37,678 nt of DNA from Streblomastix strix (lineage: Eukaryota): positions 1-37,678 of the forward strand of contig SNRW01000036.1 in NCBI GenBank assembly GCA_008636045.1, read 5' to 3'. Position 1 is the first letter of the stretch. Each line of letters begins with the position of its first letter. The notes beneath the pieces were generated by a model. It was given only the letters and a program-made list of their open reading frames with translations, ran no database searches and was not told the origin of the DNA. Shown here piece after piece: positions 23,901 through 36,857 of this stretch. Both the position numbers and the translations under genes were made by a program.

Positions 23901-26900
23901 TCAATGCAGAACTAATTATAGACAATATTATCTCCATCTAATTAATCCATAACTTCTTAATCTACTCTTTAATCTGAAATATCTCCTCATTAATACTCCA
24001 TTTCTCATCCTAATGCAATTGAAGGTTATTCATCTTCTTCTTCATTATAATCTAATCAATAACAGAAGAATAAGAAGCCAATATCATATGAGGAATATTT
24101 GAAATAATTATAGTAATTTAGCAAATAATAATAAAATTAAAATAAAGATATAAATAATCAAGCGAAAGAATAAGAGGAATTATAAATAGTAAAACCCAAA
24201 TATTTCCCTTATTATCTTCCAGGAGAAGAAATGTGCGATGAAGATTATTCAATTATTAATATGAACATGAATTAGGAAAGTATGCTATATTATATTATTA
24301 AATAATTATACTAATATATATCCTTAAAATGAAATTAAATTAAAATAATAATTATTATTTATTATTTATTATCAATATATATAATTATAGCAACATAAGA
24401 ATCAGATCCACTGAAATTGAGATAATTGAATGTTCTTGGATATACTGAGGTTTGATATACATACACCATTCATTCTCATATTCAATATTTATTTACTATT
24501 TCCTCTTTATTTTGTATTAAATAATTAATAGCCATCAATATTAGATATTCGCTATGATGCTCTTGATGCAGCTGATGATATATTTGAAGCTAGATTACGT
24601 TTGAGAAAGGTTTTGAATATATAATTAGAGAATGAGAAAGAAATTAATAAATTATTGTCTTCTAAATTACATATATAATTAATAATTATTATGAACAGGT
24701 CTGGAATCCTCAATTACCAAGAAAAATAATAGATCCAATTTTAGCTCATGAATAATTTAGAAAAACAGAAAAATTAAATATCATATAATTAATTGTTTTA
24801 AAAGATTGTGAATGGATTTGTGTTTTAAGTTCAGATAGAACAGTTATATTCTATGAACCAACTTCATTCAGACCAAGAGGAATATTGAGGTATAATATAT
24901 AATAATTAATGATATAAATTGAAATTTATTTTTAATATATTTTTTTCATTCTTTCATTTCTTAGAGGATTTTCAACATTGTGTTCATGCATGATATCTGT
25001 ATAATCAAAATATTCTTCAACACAAAAAGAATCAATAATTATTGGCAAAATTGATGGTAGTATAGATTTACTATTTATAAATGAAGAAATATTAACTACA
25101 TAAAATGATATTTCAAATGAAGAAGGAATAAAATTAATAGAAAATCGAGTCAAAATATGGAATGTAAAAGAAAAGAAAGATAAAAATGATGATGAATAAG
25201 AATAATAAGGAACTTCAATAGTTAAAAGAAATAAGTCTCCTGCTCCTTCATCTAATGGATGGTAACCAATTCCAGTTGAGTCACTTGCAGCAACACTCAA
25301 ATTGTCAGTAAAAGAAGTGAAAGATGGAGAATATGAATATGAAGATGAAGAAGAAGAGGAAGAAGAGATGAAGATGAATTATGAAGGTGATGAAGATGAT
25401 ACTAATAAGGAATAGGATGAAGATGAAGAAGATGAAGATGATGATGAAGAAGAAGATGATTATGATTAGAGTACTAGTTATTGAGGTAGTTATGATAGTA
25501 ATAGCAACATTGATAATTTAGGAAGTAGATCAAATGTATAAACTAAAAGAAGTAATGAATTTTAACAACAGCAATAACAATCACATCATACACGTAGGAA
25601 TAATAAAAATAAAAATAAGAATAAGAAATAAGAAAAATCAGATGTTTTAAGTAATATTCACAATGTTATTGATATGTACAGAAATAAACAGGATAGAATA
25701 AATTATAAAGAATCTCAAAGAACCCAAAACAATTCAGGACATAATTCGCACAGTCCTTCAAGAAGATAAAGCAAATAATTATAGAAAGATTAATCATTAG
25801 TATTTCCCAGATCTTCTTCTCCATTAAAACAATAGAATGAAAATTAAATAAATAAATAAACTGAAGAAAACAGAGAAAATGAATAAAACTGTAAATAGAA
25901 AAGAAAAAGTAAAATTGATACAAAAGAAGAAGGAGAATAAAATAATAAAGAAAGAAATGTTGATAAATAAGAAAAAAACAGACGAAACAGTCGAATGTCG
26001 ATAATGTCATCAAGATAACCCTCATAAAGGAAGAGATTGTCCATTTCACCACCAAAGACTTCTTCTTCACCTTCACATTCACCTCGTTATAACAATTAGG
26101 AGACTCTGAAAACACCCAGAAAAAGCTAAAAATTTAATTTAAATCTGAATAAAATACAACAGCAACAATAACAGTAAGAATAAGAATAGAAATACAAATA
26201 ACAGCAGATGAAATAAAGTTAAAGTAAGAAAACATTCTTTGTTAAAAAGAAGAAGAAAGTATTGAAGAAGAAATCAAAAAGAAGAAAGAGAGGGAATATA
26301 AAGAGGTATAATTAATTAGAAATAATAAATATATGAAATATGAAATATGAATATTATATATTTATATGATAATTTTATTAAATATTATTTAAATAATTAC
26401 AAATAGATAATGGTTAGGAGATGCATTAGAAGATATAATAAAGTTGAGACCAAGAAAAGCATATAATTATTTTTAAGCTCATGAAACTGTTGTGACTCAA
26501 ATTATTTATTTGGAAGTATGAACTTTGTAAGAAAATAAATAAGTACTTTGAAGAATTAAATTAAATAAACATTTTTCTTTTAATTATATTTTTAATTATT
26601 TTATATTAATAAAGGAATTATTAAGTTTAGTAACATGTTCGCTTGATTCATCAATTGCAATCTGGGATTTAGATCGTTAAGTATGTGGAGAATAATAATT
26701 CAGAATCAAAATTAATTATAAAATAGAAATAAATTTTACTATAGATTTTTTTTCGTATATTAATTATTACATTAAATTATGTATTATATGCAAAGGTAAT
26801 AAAACATAGATTTGTAGAAGGACATACATAGTATATAATAATAATTATACTCAATATTATATTACTTATCGTTATTATTATTTCTAATTATCACCATATA

Positions 26901-29900
26901 ATAAATAGAGGAATATAATGTATGTCGTGGTCGCCTGAATATAAATTATTAATATCTGGTGGATATGATAATATTGTATGAATATAATAAATATAAAGAA
27001 TAAATAAATAAATTGAAATAAAAAAGAGAAAATCTTATTATTAATGTTTTCTCCATTTTTTCTTATAATTTGTATATTCATTCTCTATTTAATTACAGAT
27101 TTGTATTTGGGATCCATTTGGAAAGAGATTAAGAGGAATAATGAGGGGACATACTGGTGCTATTTAATCCATTACAATTGATGAATCTGCAGGTAATTAG
27201 TCAAATATTAAATAGTTAATGTATTCAAAAAAACAATTAATAATTATTTAATTTATTATTCATTCAATATTTGCTATATATTTTGTGTTTTTAAAGGCCT
27301 TGTTTTAAGTATTGGTCGAGATAATACAGTTAGAATTTGGGATATTCTTTCACAGCGTTTGATTATTTATCTATTTTATTATTTAAATTTAATATTCATA
27401 CTATGAAATAGGGCAATTATAAAAAGTTTCATCATAAGACAAATAATGTGGATATAGATTTTTCACTTTATCATATAATTCCATTTTGAAAGGTGTAATA
27501 ATGGCTTCACACAGGTATTATTTAATATTAATAATAATTATTATTATATTTATTATTATTCATAATCATACTTACTTCCCTGATAATCATGCTATTTTAT
27601 TATAATTATGTGATTTTAGATTAATTGGATGGCTTCACAACAGAAAAGTAGATGGAAATTTATCTGCTCACAATGCAGACATAGAAATATTACTATTCAA
27701 CAATCAATTCAAATAACTTCTTAGCATCGATATGAACTCAGTATGTAATATATGGAATGCTGAAACTGGAAGGTATTTATTGTATATTACATCATATATT
27801 AAGAAAGAAAATATAATAATGAAAAAAATTAATATATATTTAATAAGAAATTGATTATAAAATTATTATTTTCATTCATTCATTTTTATATAATTTTTTA
27901 TATTTTCTTAAATTATTTTAATAAATAGAAATATTTTTAGATTCATTGCAGAACCACCAGAAGAGTAATCAGAAGGATAAGGAGAATAACAGGCTGATAG
28001 TGTTAATAAAGGATCTGGTATAATAATATATTATATAATTGAATTATACTAATTATATATTTATTTTATATACCTTATTCTCTTATTATAATTATTATTT
28101 ATTTTCATTCATTTGGTAATATAAATTACAGCATCACTATTTGATAGACCATTTTAATAATAATCTGGACAATCATAGAAGGATGGAACCAATATTTCAA
28201 TAACTTCTGCAACATTTGATCAAACTGGAAGAAGATTAATTGTTGGTTTAGTGAATGGAGGTTTATATTATACAAATGAAAGTTGAATGAAAGAATAAAA
28301 CTCATTTGAAAAATATTTTTAAATTAAAAATTATATTATTTAATATATATTTTATAACATCTATAATTAATTTTAGGAGTATATGTCTATAATCACAACA
28401 GAGGAACATTAATGAAAGTTTGAATAGTAAAACAAAATAAATATTTATTATTTAATATTTTATATTTTTTATCCCCAAATAATAGTAATATAAACCAGAT
28501 CGAAATGTTGATGGATTTGCATTAGTATTTAACAGAGAAAAAACAGAAAGAGAGAAAAACTATTCAATCGGAGTTGGGACGAATGGACTTGGATATAAAT
28601 TAGGAACGGGTCTTGGAGTTAAGGGAAAATGGAAGAAAATGTTTGATGAATAATAAATGAAATATATAATTATTATTAATATTATCATTTTTACATATAA
28701 ATATTAGATAAAGATATGGTCATTATGATGATCAGTATTAGATGATTTTAGATTAAAGATAGAAAGCATAATTAATGAATGAAAATCTTGGATTAAAAAT
28801 CAGTTTGAATAACATTTATAAAATTTTAAATAATTCTTTGTGTGTTTATTCATAAAATATGATTAATAGTTATTTTTACTTTAAATATTTTTATTGTTAC
28901 TTTAGATTTTCAAGAAAATACAAATTTGAATTAAGAAACACAGACAATTACATAATACAATAAACTAGTTGGAAAGAATAGAGTTGGGTATATTTATTTA
29001 TTATATTTTATTTTGTTGTCATTTGTTTCAATATTTCATTTTTTGCAATCTCTTTTTGCTTATTTATTCATTGGTTATTAATAGTTCAATAAATCACATA
29101 ACATATGCATCATCTTAAGAAGTTAATAGAATGATTATTGTAGTTGGATCTGGAAGAATGGTAAGAACAATTGACGATAGAAACTAATAAGATAAGAAGG
29201 AGAGGTATTAAATATATAATATATGTTAAATACATTTGAATTAAAGTTGAATTATTAAATATATAAAAATTAAATAAAAACATGAAATTCTGTTAATTTA
29301 ATTGTAATTTTTAATAACTTGAATTTATATTTAATCAGATATATTCATACAAATAAAATGAATAAATATAGTGAAAATGTCTTATGCTGTTGTTTCTAGG
29401 TTAGTATAATATAATTAATATAAAATATATTTTTTATATTCTTAATCCTCTTTTAAATCTTCAATATATTTATTTATTCATAAATAATCACTATAGAAAC
29501 CAGATACAATTATAGCATGTTCAGACAATGGATCAATAGTTTCCTGGTCTTCCACATCAGGATTAGAGAAAGTATAAATTAATTTACCCTATAATAAAAA
29601 GGAGAAGAAAGAAATGAAATAAAGAGAGAAAGAAATCAAAGAAAAGGAAACAATGAGATTGAAATTGAAACAACAACAAAAATAAATGAAAGATAAAGAT
29701 AAATCTTAATAGAGTAATAAAGGTAAATAAAGAGAAGGTCTTTCCTAATCAAGGAATAGTAATGAAGAGAATAAACTGAGTGAAATAGATTAAGAAAAGA
29801 GTGATAAAGATGAAGATGATGAAGATGATAGTAATAAGAGTATAATGAATACTATTAGTTCATATTCAGATGATGATGATGAAGATGATGATGAAGATGA

Positions 29901-32900
29901 TGAATAGGAAAAGATTATTAAAATTAATAAGAAAAGGAAAGAGAAGGATGAAAAATAGAAAGAATAAGAAAAATAATTGGAGAATGAGAATGAGAATGAA
30001 AATGAAAATGAAAATGAAAATGATAAATAAGATTAAGGATAAAAAGAAGATCAAGATAAAGAATAATAAGATAAATAAATTTAAGTTTAAAAACAAAATA
30101 ACTATAAAGAAAAACGCAATGAAAGTATTGATTTATAGAAAGAAGAAGAGAATTTTAAAGCAGAAAAATAAAGAATTGCAAATATAAAACTATAAAAATT
30201 AAAAGATTAATTACGAAAAGAATTAAAAGATATTAAGAAAGAAGAAAAACAACAATCAAGAGTCATATCATAATGCATGTTTATACCTGAACATGAAGAT
30301 ATGCTTCTTACTCACCATTTGGATGGGTATATAAGAATCTGGAATATAATGCTTGGATGTATGTTAATATCAATTGATATTAAACATACAAATGTTGTCA
30401 TTGATGTTGATAATAAAGGGAAATATATAGCAATTGGTTCATCAGATGGAGATGTTCAAGTTTATAAAACAAAGATTATTTCTCAATTAGCACATCTATC
30501 CTTTACATAAATTCTGCTTTAGAATCCAGAAGCATTATATAATTTAGATGATTTCTATAAGAAACATTAAATCATCTAAAAAGAGAAATATATATAAGAA
30601 TAGAAAAGACTGAAATATGAACAAAAGATCAAAGAATAAGAAGTAGAAAAAGATTTAGTAGTATAAGAAGAAGATTATGAATAAGATAATGAAGAAGGAA
30701 AAAATCAGTTTTAACTCTCTGAATAATAATATTAATAATAAGCATCTCAATAAACCTCTCAATATTCATCATCTTCTTCATCTCCATTTTCTAGAACTTA
30801 ATCTCCTCCAAACCAAAGTCCTATTAATTAATTTCCTTTTAATTCTCTTTCTCCTCAATAAAGAAGATCAACTTCGCATTCTTCTTCTCCATTATCCAAA
30901 TCTCCTTCTAATGCTCTTTTTAATAATAGCACTTATATGGCACATTAATAATAGTAATCATTCACATATTAATAATAACAGTAATAATAATAATAATAAT
31001 AAGATTAGGAATATCAGACAAAAAGATAATAATAACCAATGTCTTTTTTCACTTCTCCTCAAGATATTAATTCTAATTCTAAGAATTCGTATTCATCTTA
31101 ACAATAATCTTCATCTCTACTAATATCAAATAATTCAACTCCTTAGTCATAATCATTAATTAGATAATAGCAATAATAATAAACTCCATCATCAGGAATT
31201 AATTCAAATAAGAATATTAATAATTTGGAATATACTTAAATGAGCAGAACAAGTAGTAAAGGGAATTTATCTAGTAATTAATTATTTAAGCCATTAGGAA
31301 CAAAAAGTAAATCTTCATTAGAATAATATTAGTTTAATTAGCTGAATATCAACTAATAATATGCTAATAAGAATTCAATCTGGTTGTAATATTTTGACAA
31401 TTATCCAATTCAACTAAATGTGCATTAAAAATAAAGAATAACATAAATGATTAAAACTGATGGCCATTCTATGGATAATATAAATAATTATAACTCATAA
31501 GTTAAATATTAACAATTTTTATAGCAATAATAAACATAATCTCCATTAGCTTCATAAGGTACATTTAATGCAGGATTTATGACTATTAATTAGAAATAAT
31601 CTAAAAATCAAAGTTCTTTATTTTTATAAGATAAGTAGCAATCTTAACAATAAATATAACAAGTAGCTTAATAACATTTTTCATGTGAAGATTTATTAAT
31701 GTATTAATGGAGAGCTACAAGATAAGAAATTAATGCAATTAAATTTATTCCAATTGATAATTTACCTGCATAAGTTGCAAGAAATGAGAGAAAGAAGAAG
31801 AAGAGAATAAAATAAGGATTGAAAGAAGAATAAGTAAATGATGATTCTACTGATGATGAATATGAATTTGATGATGATGATTCTGAAGAAAATAATACTT
31901 CTTCTGATTTATTAGAAAATACTTCTGGTTCTGGAATAAATAATAAAACTTAATATTCAAATTTTGATTAAACATAAAAATCAATTCAAGAATATGAACA
32001 AAAATAACAGAAAAAATTAAACCGAATTAAAAACACCAAATTATTTATATCAATTGCATACTCCAGATTATTAGCGTTATTTTCATTGGAAGGCGGATTA
32101 TTAGGATCATATGGTTAGGCCATAATTCCAAAGTAGAAACCAATTTATGTTTAATTGCAACAATTCCCACATATATATCCATAAGAGTAGCCGATCAAAT
32201 TACCCTTTAGTTGGGTTGCTTAAGGATATAGGAAAGAAATTAAATAAATTCAATCAGTATATAGTGTTGTAAAAGAATGGGGAGATTTATTTGGAAATAG
32301 ATTTGAAGGAATTCCTACAAGCCAAGGGATGATCAATATTTTATTTAACAGATAGTAATATTTATAATAACAATAATAACAAGGATAACAGTAGTAAGAA
32401 GAAAATTAATAGTAATTAAATTTATAATAAAAATTAATGACTTTGATAAAAGGAAGTGAAACAAAAAAATTGGGTAATTCATTGAAAAATAGTAATTTGA
32501 ATGATAGTTTGAATGAATAGGCATAATAAATATTAGATGAGAATAAATAAAAGATCAAAAGAATGCAAAGTTAATAACAATTAAAATTATTAAAACCACA
32601 GCAGTTGGACATTTACTAATAATTTAATTAGTAATTAGTATCAGATTAAGGACCAAATAATATTTTAAATACGAAATTGATGAGACATTAAAGTAAAATG
32701 AAATCAAATACAGGATCATTAAGATAATTGTAACAAGTAAATGGAGAAGCTTTATAAAAGAATAAAGATCATGTGCATGAATATTCAATATGGGACAACC
32801 AGAACTTAGACAATGTCATAGACAAAAGGGTCCCATTGCTCAGATTTCAGAATGCTGTATCAAAGGTTATTCAATCTTTGAAAAACTAAGGAAAAATTGA

Positions 32901-34089
32901 AAAAGAGAAAATAAGAAAAGAAAAAGAGAAATAAAGATTAATTAGATAATAACAATAACAGATAAGGAAAGACATAAAAGAAACACAAAATTTGTAGTAA
33001 TAATTATTAATTTAACAAAAATAAGATGAAAAATAATAATTTAAAAAATAATTATTAATATAAAAAGAAGAAAAAGAAAAAGAAAAGGAAAAATAATTGT
33101 AAGAATAGTAATTATAATAATAAATGAAATAAAAATTTAAGCCTTCAATATTTGCATAAAAATAAATTAGTAATATATAAACTTCTAAATAATAGACAAA
33201 TTAATAGTAGTAATAATAAAAAGGTTCATAAATTGGCATTTCAAAAGGTAAAGAATAAATCGAATAAAAACAAGAAGTTGATTAAAATAAACAAATAAAA
33301 CCATTTTAATTCAATTTAAAACTTCCAATTCAATAATAATTTTAACAATAATAATAAAGACCCTTTTCAGCCAATCCACTTTCCTCATATCGTCCCAAAT
33401 CAACCAATCCATCAAATCCATCTTCATCTCCAACACCATTCATTCATTCTCCATTCTTAATATCACCTTCTAATTCACCTCAACATATTCCTGTTCATCC
33501 AACATCTGCATAATCATCTTCATAGTAATCTTCATTAACATAGAGATCATCTATACAATCACAGACAACTGATGTGATGCTTAGAAGGAGAAACAGACTT
33601 GAAGAAAAAGCAGTATCTGGTCCTTTTGGATAATTGATTGCTGTTGTTCCAAGACCTTACTCAGTTGTGAAAAAGGAGAAAGAAGAGAAGGAAGAAAATG
33701 AAAAATAAGCCGTTTCTGCTCTATAATTATTAAATAAGAATATTAACAGTTCTATTGGAGCATAAACTAGACCATAATCTGGATTACGAAACAATGAAAC
33801 AAAATAAGAATCATCAGCAACTGATCCGAAAACAATTAATAACAATATGAATGGGTCAACACTTACTCGAAAATAAATTTCAGTATCAGACATTGGGTTA
33901 TCAAAAGATATTCCTATTGTGATGCAATTGGAAGAAATGATGAAAAATAAAAAAGATTAAAGTTTTGGATATGATTCTGGAACATTAATGAGATCTGAAA
34001 ACAATAATGCTGGGATAGACAATGCAGATACAGTATTAGAATTTGGATCAAGTATAATTGTGACAGCAAGTAAAAAGAAATAACGTTGA
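20930..34089 (+). CDS. Giant EF-hand + WD40-repeat protein (WDR49/WDR64/EFCAB8-like architecture) with large low-complexity inserts, ~25 introns, ~3,600 codons, one internal in-frame TGA
   Basis: EF loop IDADCTQQMSWSDF; WD40 repeats including LVTCSLDSSIAIWD, GHTQGIQCMSWSPEYKLLISGGYDNIICIWDP, GHTGAIQSITID...LSIGRDNTVRIWD, AHNADI...FNNQFKQLLSID...IWNAETG, ITSATFDQTGRRLIVG; exons join in phase; ends CGT TGA 34087-34089. Internal TGA 25482-25484. Confidence 0.8.
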
Positions 34090-34256
34090 TTTTATTCTAT
34101 CTAAATTGAGTTTATAAATGATTTTTAAGTTTTATTTTCTCTAATTTTTTCCATTTCAATGTTAATTCATTTCACTTTTTTAAAACCATTTCATTTGATA
34201 TTATTTATTTATTAATTTATATATAAAAAAATATTAAGATAATATTTGTTCTACTC

Positions 34257-36214
34257 TCATTTTTTGATAGAATGGTACTTATATGGCTTGAGAATTAATT
34301 CTTTTATTTTTTTAGATAGGGAAGTAATTTCTTTGAAAATATTTTATTTCTTAAATAAATGAATTTCAATTTCCTCTGATGTATCTTATTCCTCCAGATC
34401 TTCTTAACATATTTTTGCTGTTATTCCCTCTGGAGGTTTGATTATCTTCATCGTTTTATCCTCATCGATCTCTTTTTAGTGTTTTTCGAACCGAGCAAAT
34501 GCAGTAGTTGCAGAAAAGATCTAGACGATGGACTAAATAACCAAAATCAATATTTCATTTTCATTTGATTCAAGCCAGTAAACAAGTTTTGGAATTACGC
34601 CGAATTTAACAATCTGCACAATTCAATAATAAAAAAGATAGAATTTATCTATTATTAATTTATAGAAATTTAAAGAATACCATAACAGTGTTTGCAAATG
34701 ACCCAATCATGCAATTTGAAATGACAAATATAGCATCTTTGATCCAATGCTAGCATGACTTAATTATATTTTCATCTTCCTTTCCATTTTTATCAACTAA
34801 GTACTCAAATTCTTCCTCCTTGTTATAATGAATCTCTTCATCATCAATATCTGATTCTACTAATAAAGTTACAATCATTTTAATGCAGCCACTTTTGAAA
34901 CAGGCTTTTATTTGTGATTGAGTTCCTGCTGAGATGTTAGAAATTACAAAACATGCAATTCTCAAAAGTTCCTCTTTTTCCTTATGATTTTCATAATCAT
35001 CTTCTTTTTTCGATAAAGATGGTTGAAATATTTTATGAAATCCTTTTTATTATATTTTTTGGAGAAAAGCATGAATGTTTTTAAGAACTTTAGAATCCAC
35101 AACTTCTTAAGTTCTTTTTTCATTTCCAGCAGCAAGTTATCCCATAATTCGTAAAGAAAATTTTTAAACACGAAAGTTTTGACAACTAATATAATAATAA
35201 TAATAAATAAATAAATAAAATAAAATTTTAAATATATATAAAGATGTTAAATATAAAACATTTAAATTTTATAAATTATATGTCAAACTTTATAAACTTT
35301 GAAATCTTGAATAATGCTTAGTCAAAATTCAAATCCTTCAATACTATATCTTGTTTAATTACATAATTTAATCCCTAAAGTGTATCGCCCAACACTTCAA
35401 CGTGTAATATTTATGATGTGTTTTTGATGTAGAAAATGAATATATTTGCAGCAATAATTAATGTCTCAATCTTTAATTTCATTTTTTATATCATTTTGAA
35501 AAGCAATTAAGCTTGATTTGCAAGTTCTTATTGAGATGCTTTCATTTCTATTGCAACATTCTTCTCCTGATCTGATGTAGAATTTTGAATATTAAGAAGC
35601 TATACAAGCTGATCTTCCAGACCAGAATTTTGAAGTAAATTTACCAATTAAATATCATCTTCAATTGCAACATTTAATAATGCCCATTCAGATTAAATGC
35701 GGACCTTATTGTTGGTAGACATTAATAATCTAATAAGTGGAGGAATAACACCAAAGTTTGTAACATCAATTGTTTCATCAGTCGTTCCAGAAAATATGTT
35801 TGTTAATATCCAAGCAATCTCCTCTTATAACTATGGCTGATCATCTTTAAGAAGCAACTCTGGAAATTTCTCCAAAATACCTGAATTAATGACATCCATT
35901 ATTGGAATACTAATTACTTTAGCAGAAAATATCTTTCGAAGAGTTTAAACACATTAACATACGTCATAAATATTGGATGATGACATATCTCTAATAAAAA
36001 TATTGTGTTTTTCAAGACTTATCTTTATGAAATTTAATAAATAAATAAATAAAATTCTGAATATGAACATATCAAATTTTCATACTATCGCTAGATTCTT
36101 TGGTGTTTGTTTTATATCAATATATTCTGAATAGAAAAATGATAAATTAGAGAAAGATTGTATTAATATTGTAAAAATTAAATAGAAAAAATTACATACT
36201 TCCATTATTTTCAT
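34257..36214 (-). CDS. Divergent importin alpha (karyopherin alpha)-like ARM protein, 5 exons
   Basis: LRKIFSAK...PIMDVINSGIL...QPQLQEEIAWILTNIFSGT...GVIPPLIRLL...VRIQSEWALLNVA...SLRIMGQLAAGNEKRTQEVVDS...ACFVISNISAGTQSQIKA; matches importin-alpha ARM consensus; TGA at 34257-34259. Confidence 0.85.
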
Positions 36215-36857
36215 TTTTATTAGAATCAGAAATATAATCCAAAGTATTTTTCAATTTTAAATATAAATTTTGTAATTTCTTTTGAAAATTATATATTTCA
36301 ATGTTCTTTTAAAGTAATTTTTATTAAAGCTTGCATATATCTTCCTTAATTACTCTCAAGTTTCCTTAAATTTCTTCAATGCTAAGTGACATTGAATAAA
36401 AATATGATGATGTCTGAAAGAAACAAAAAATATTGAATTAAAAAGTGTACTTATGGAATCCATTTAAATTGTTATTATTAAAATGTAATTAATATATTTT
36501 TGTTAATTGTATATATCGGATAATAAATTTAATTTCATCTGCATGAGAATTTGGTAAATAATGAAAAAAAATTGAATTTTCTAACATTACCAATATATGA
36601 AAGAATATGATAATTTGCTAGTATATAACTTAGTTAATGTGAATAATAAAATAACTTAAAATTATAAATAATAAATTCTATCACTTATTTATAGAGAAAT
36701 TTATTTTTATATATTTTTACTTTTTATTTTTGATGAAATGATATGAAGTGGAGCTATAGGAAAACTGGGGCAGTGTTTTAATGGGATTGGTAGACATATC
36801 TAACGCACCTAAATTTAAATTTGCTAATTAATTTTATTTATTTTCAATTCATCCACA

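Noticed and set aside
1386..25484. Selenocysteine as the meaning of the internal TGAs
   Set aside because: The sites are in ARM helices, a coiled coil and a low-complexity insert, not redox motifs, and I could not recognise a SECIS-like hairpin in the short AT-rich 3' regions. Not computationally excluded.
28708..28802. Apparent IKIWSL**SVLDD...NE*KSW frame with three TGAs that reads well as Trp
   Set aside because: The flanking intron phases select another frame (QRYGHYDDQYQMILDQRQKAQ...) that is TGA-free, so this is not evidence for TGA recoding.
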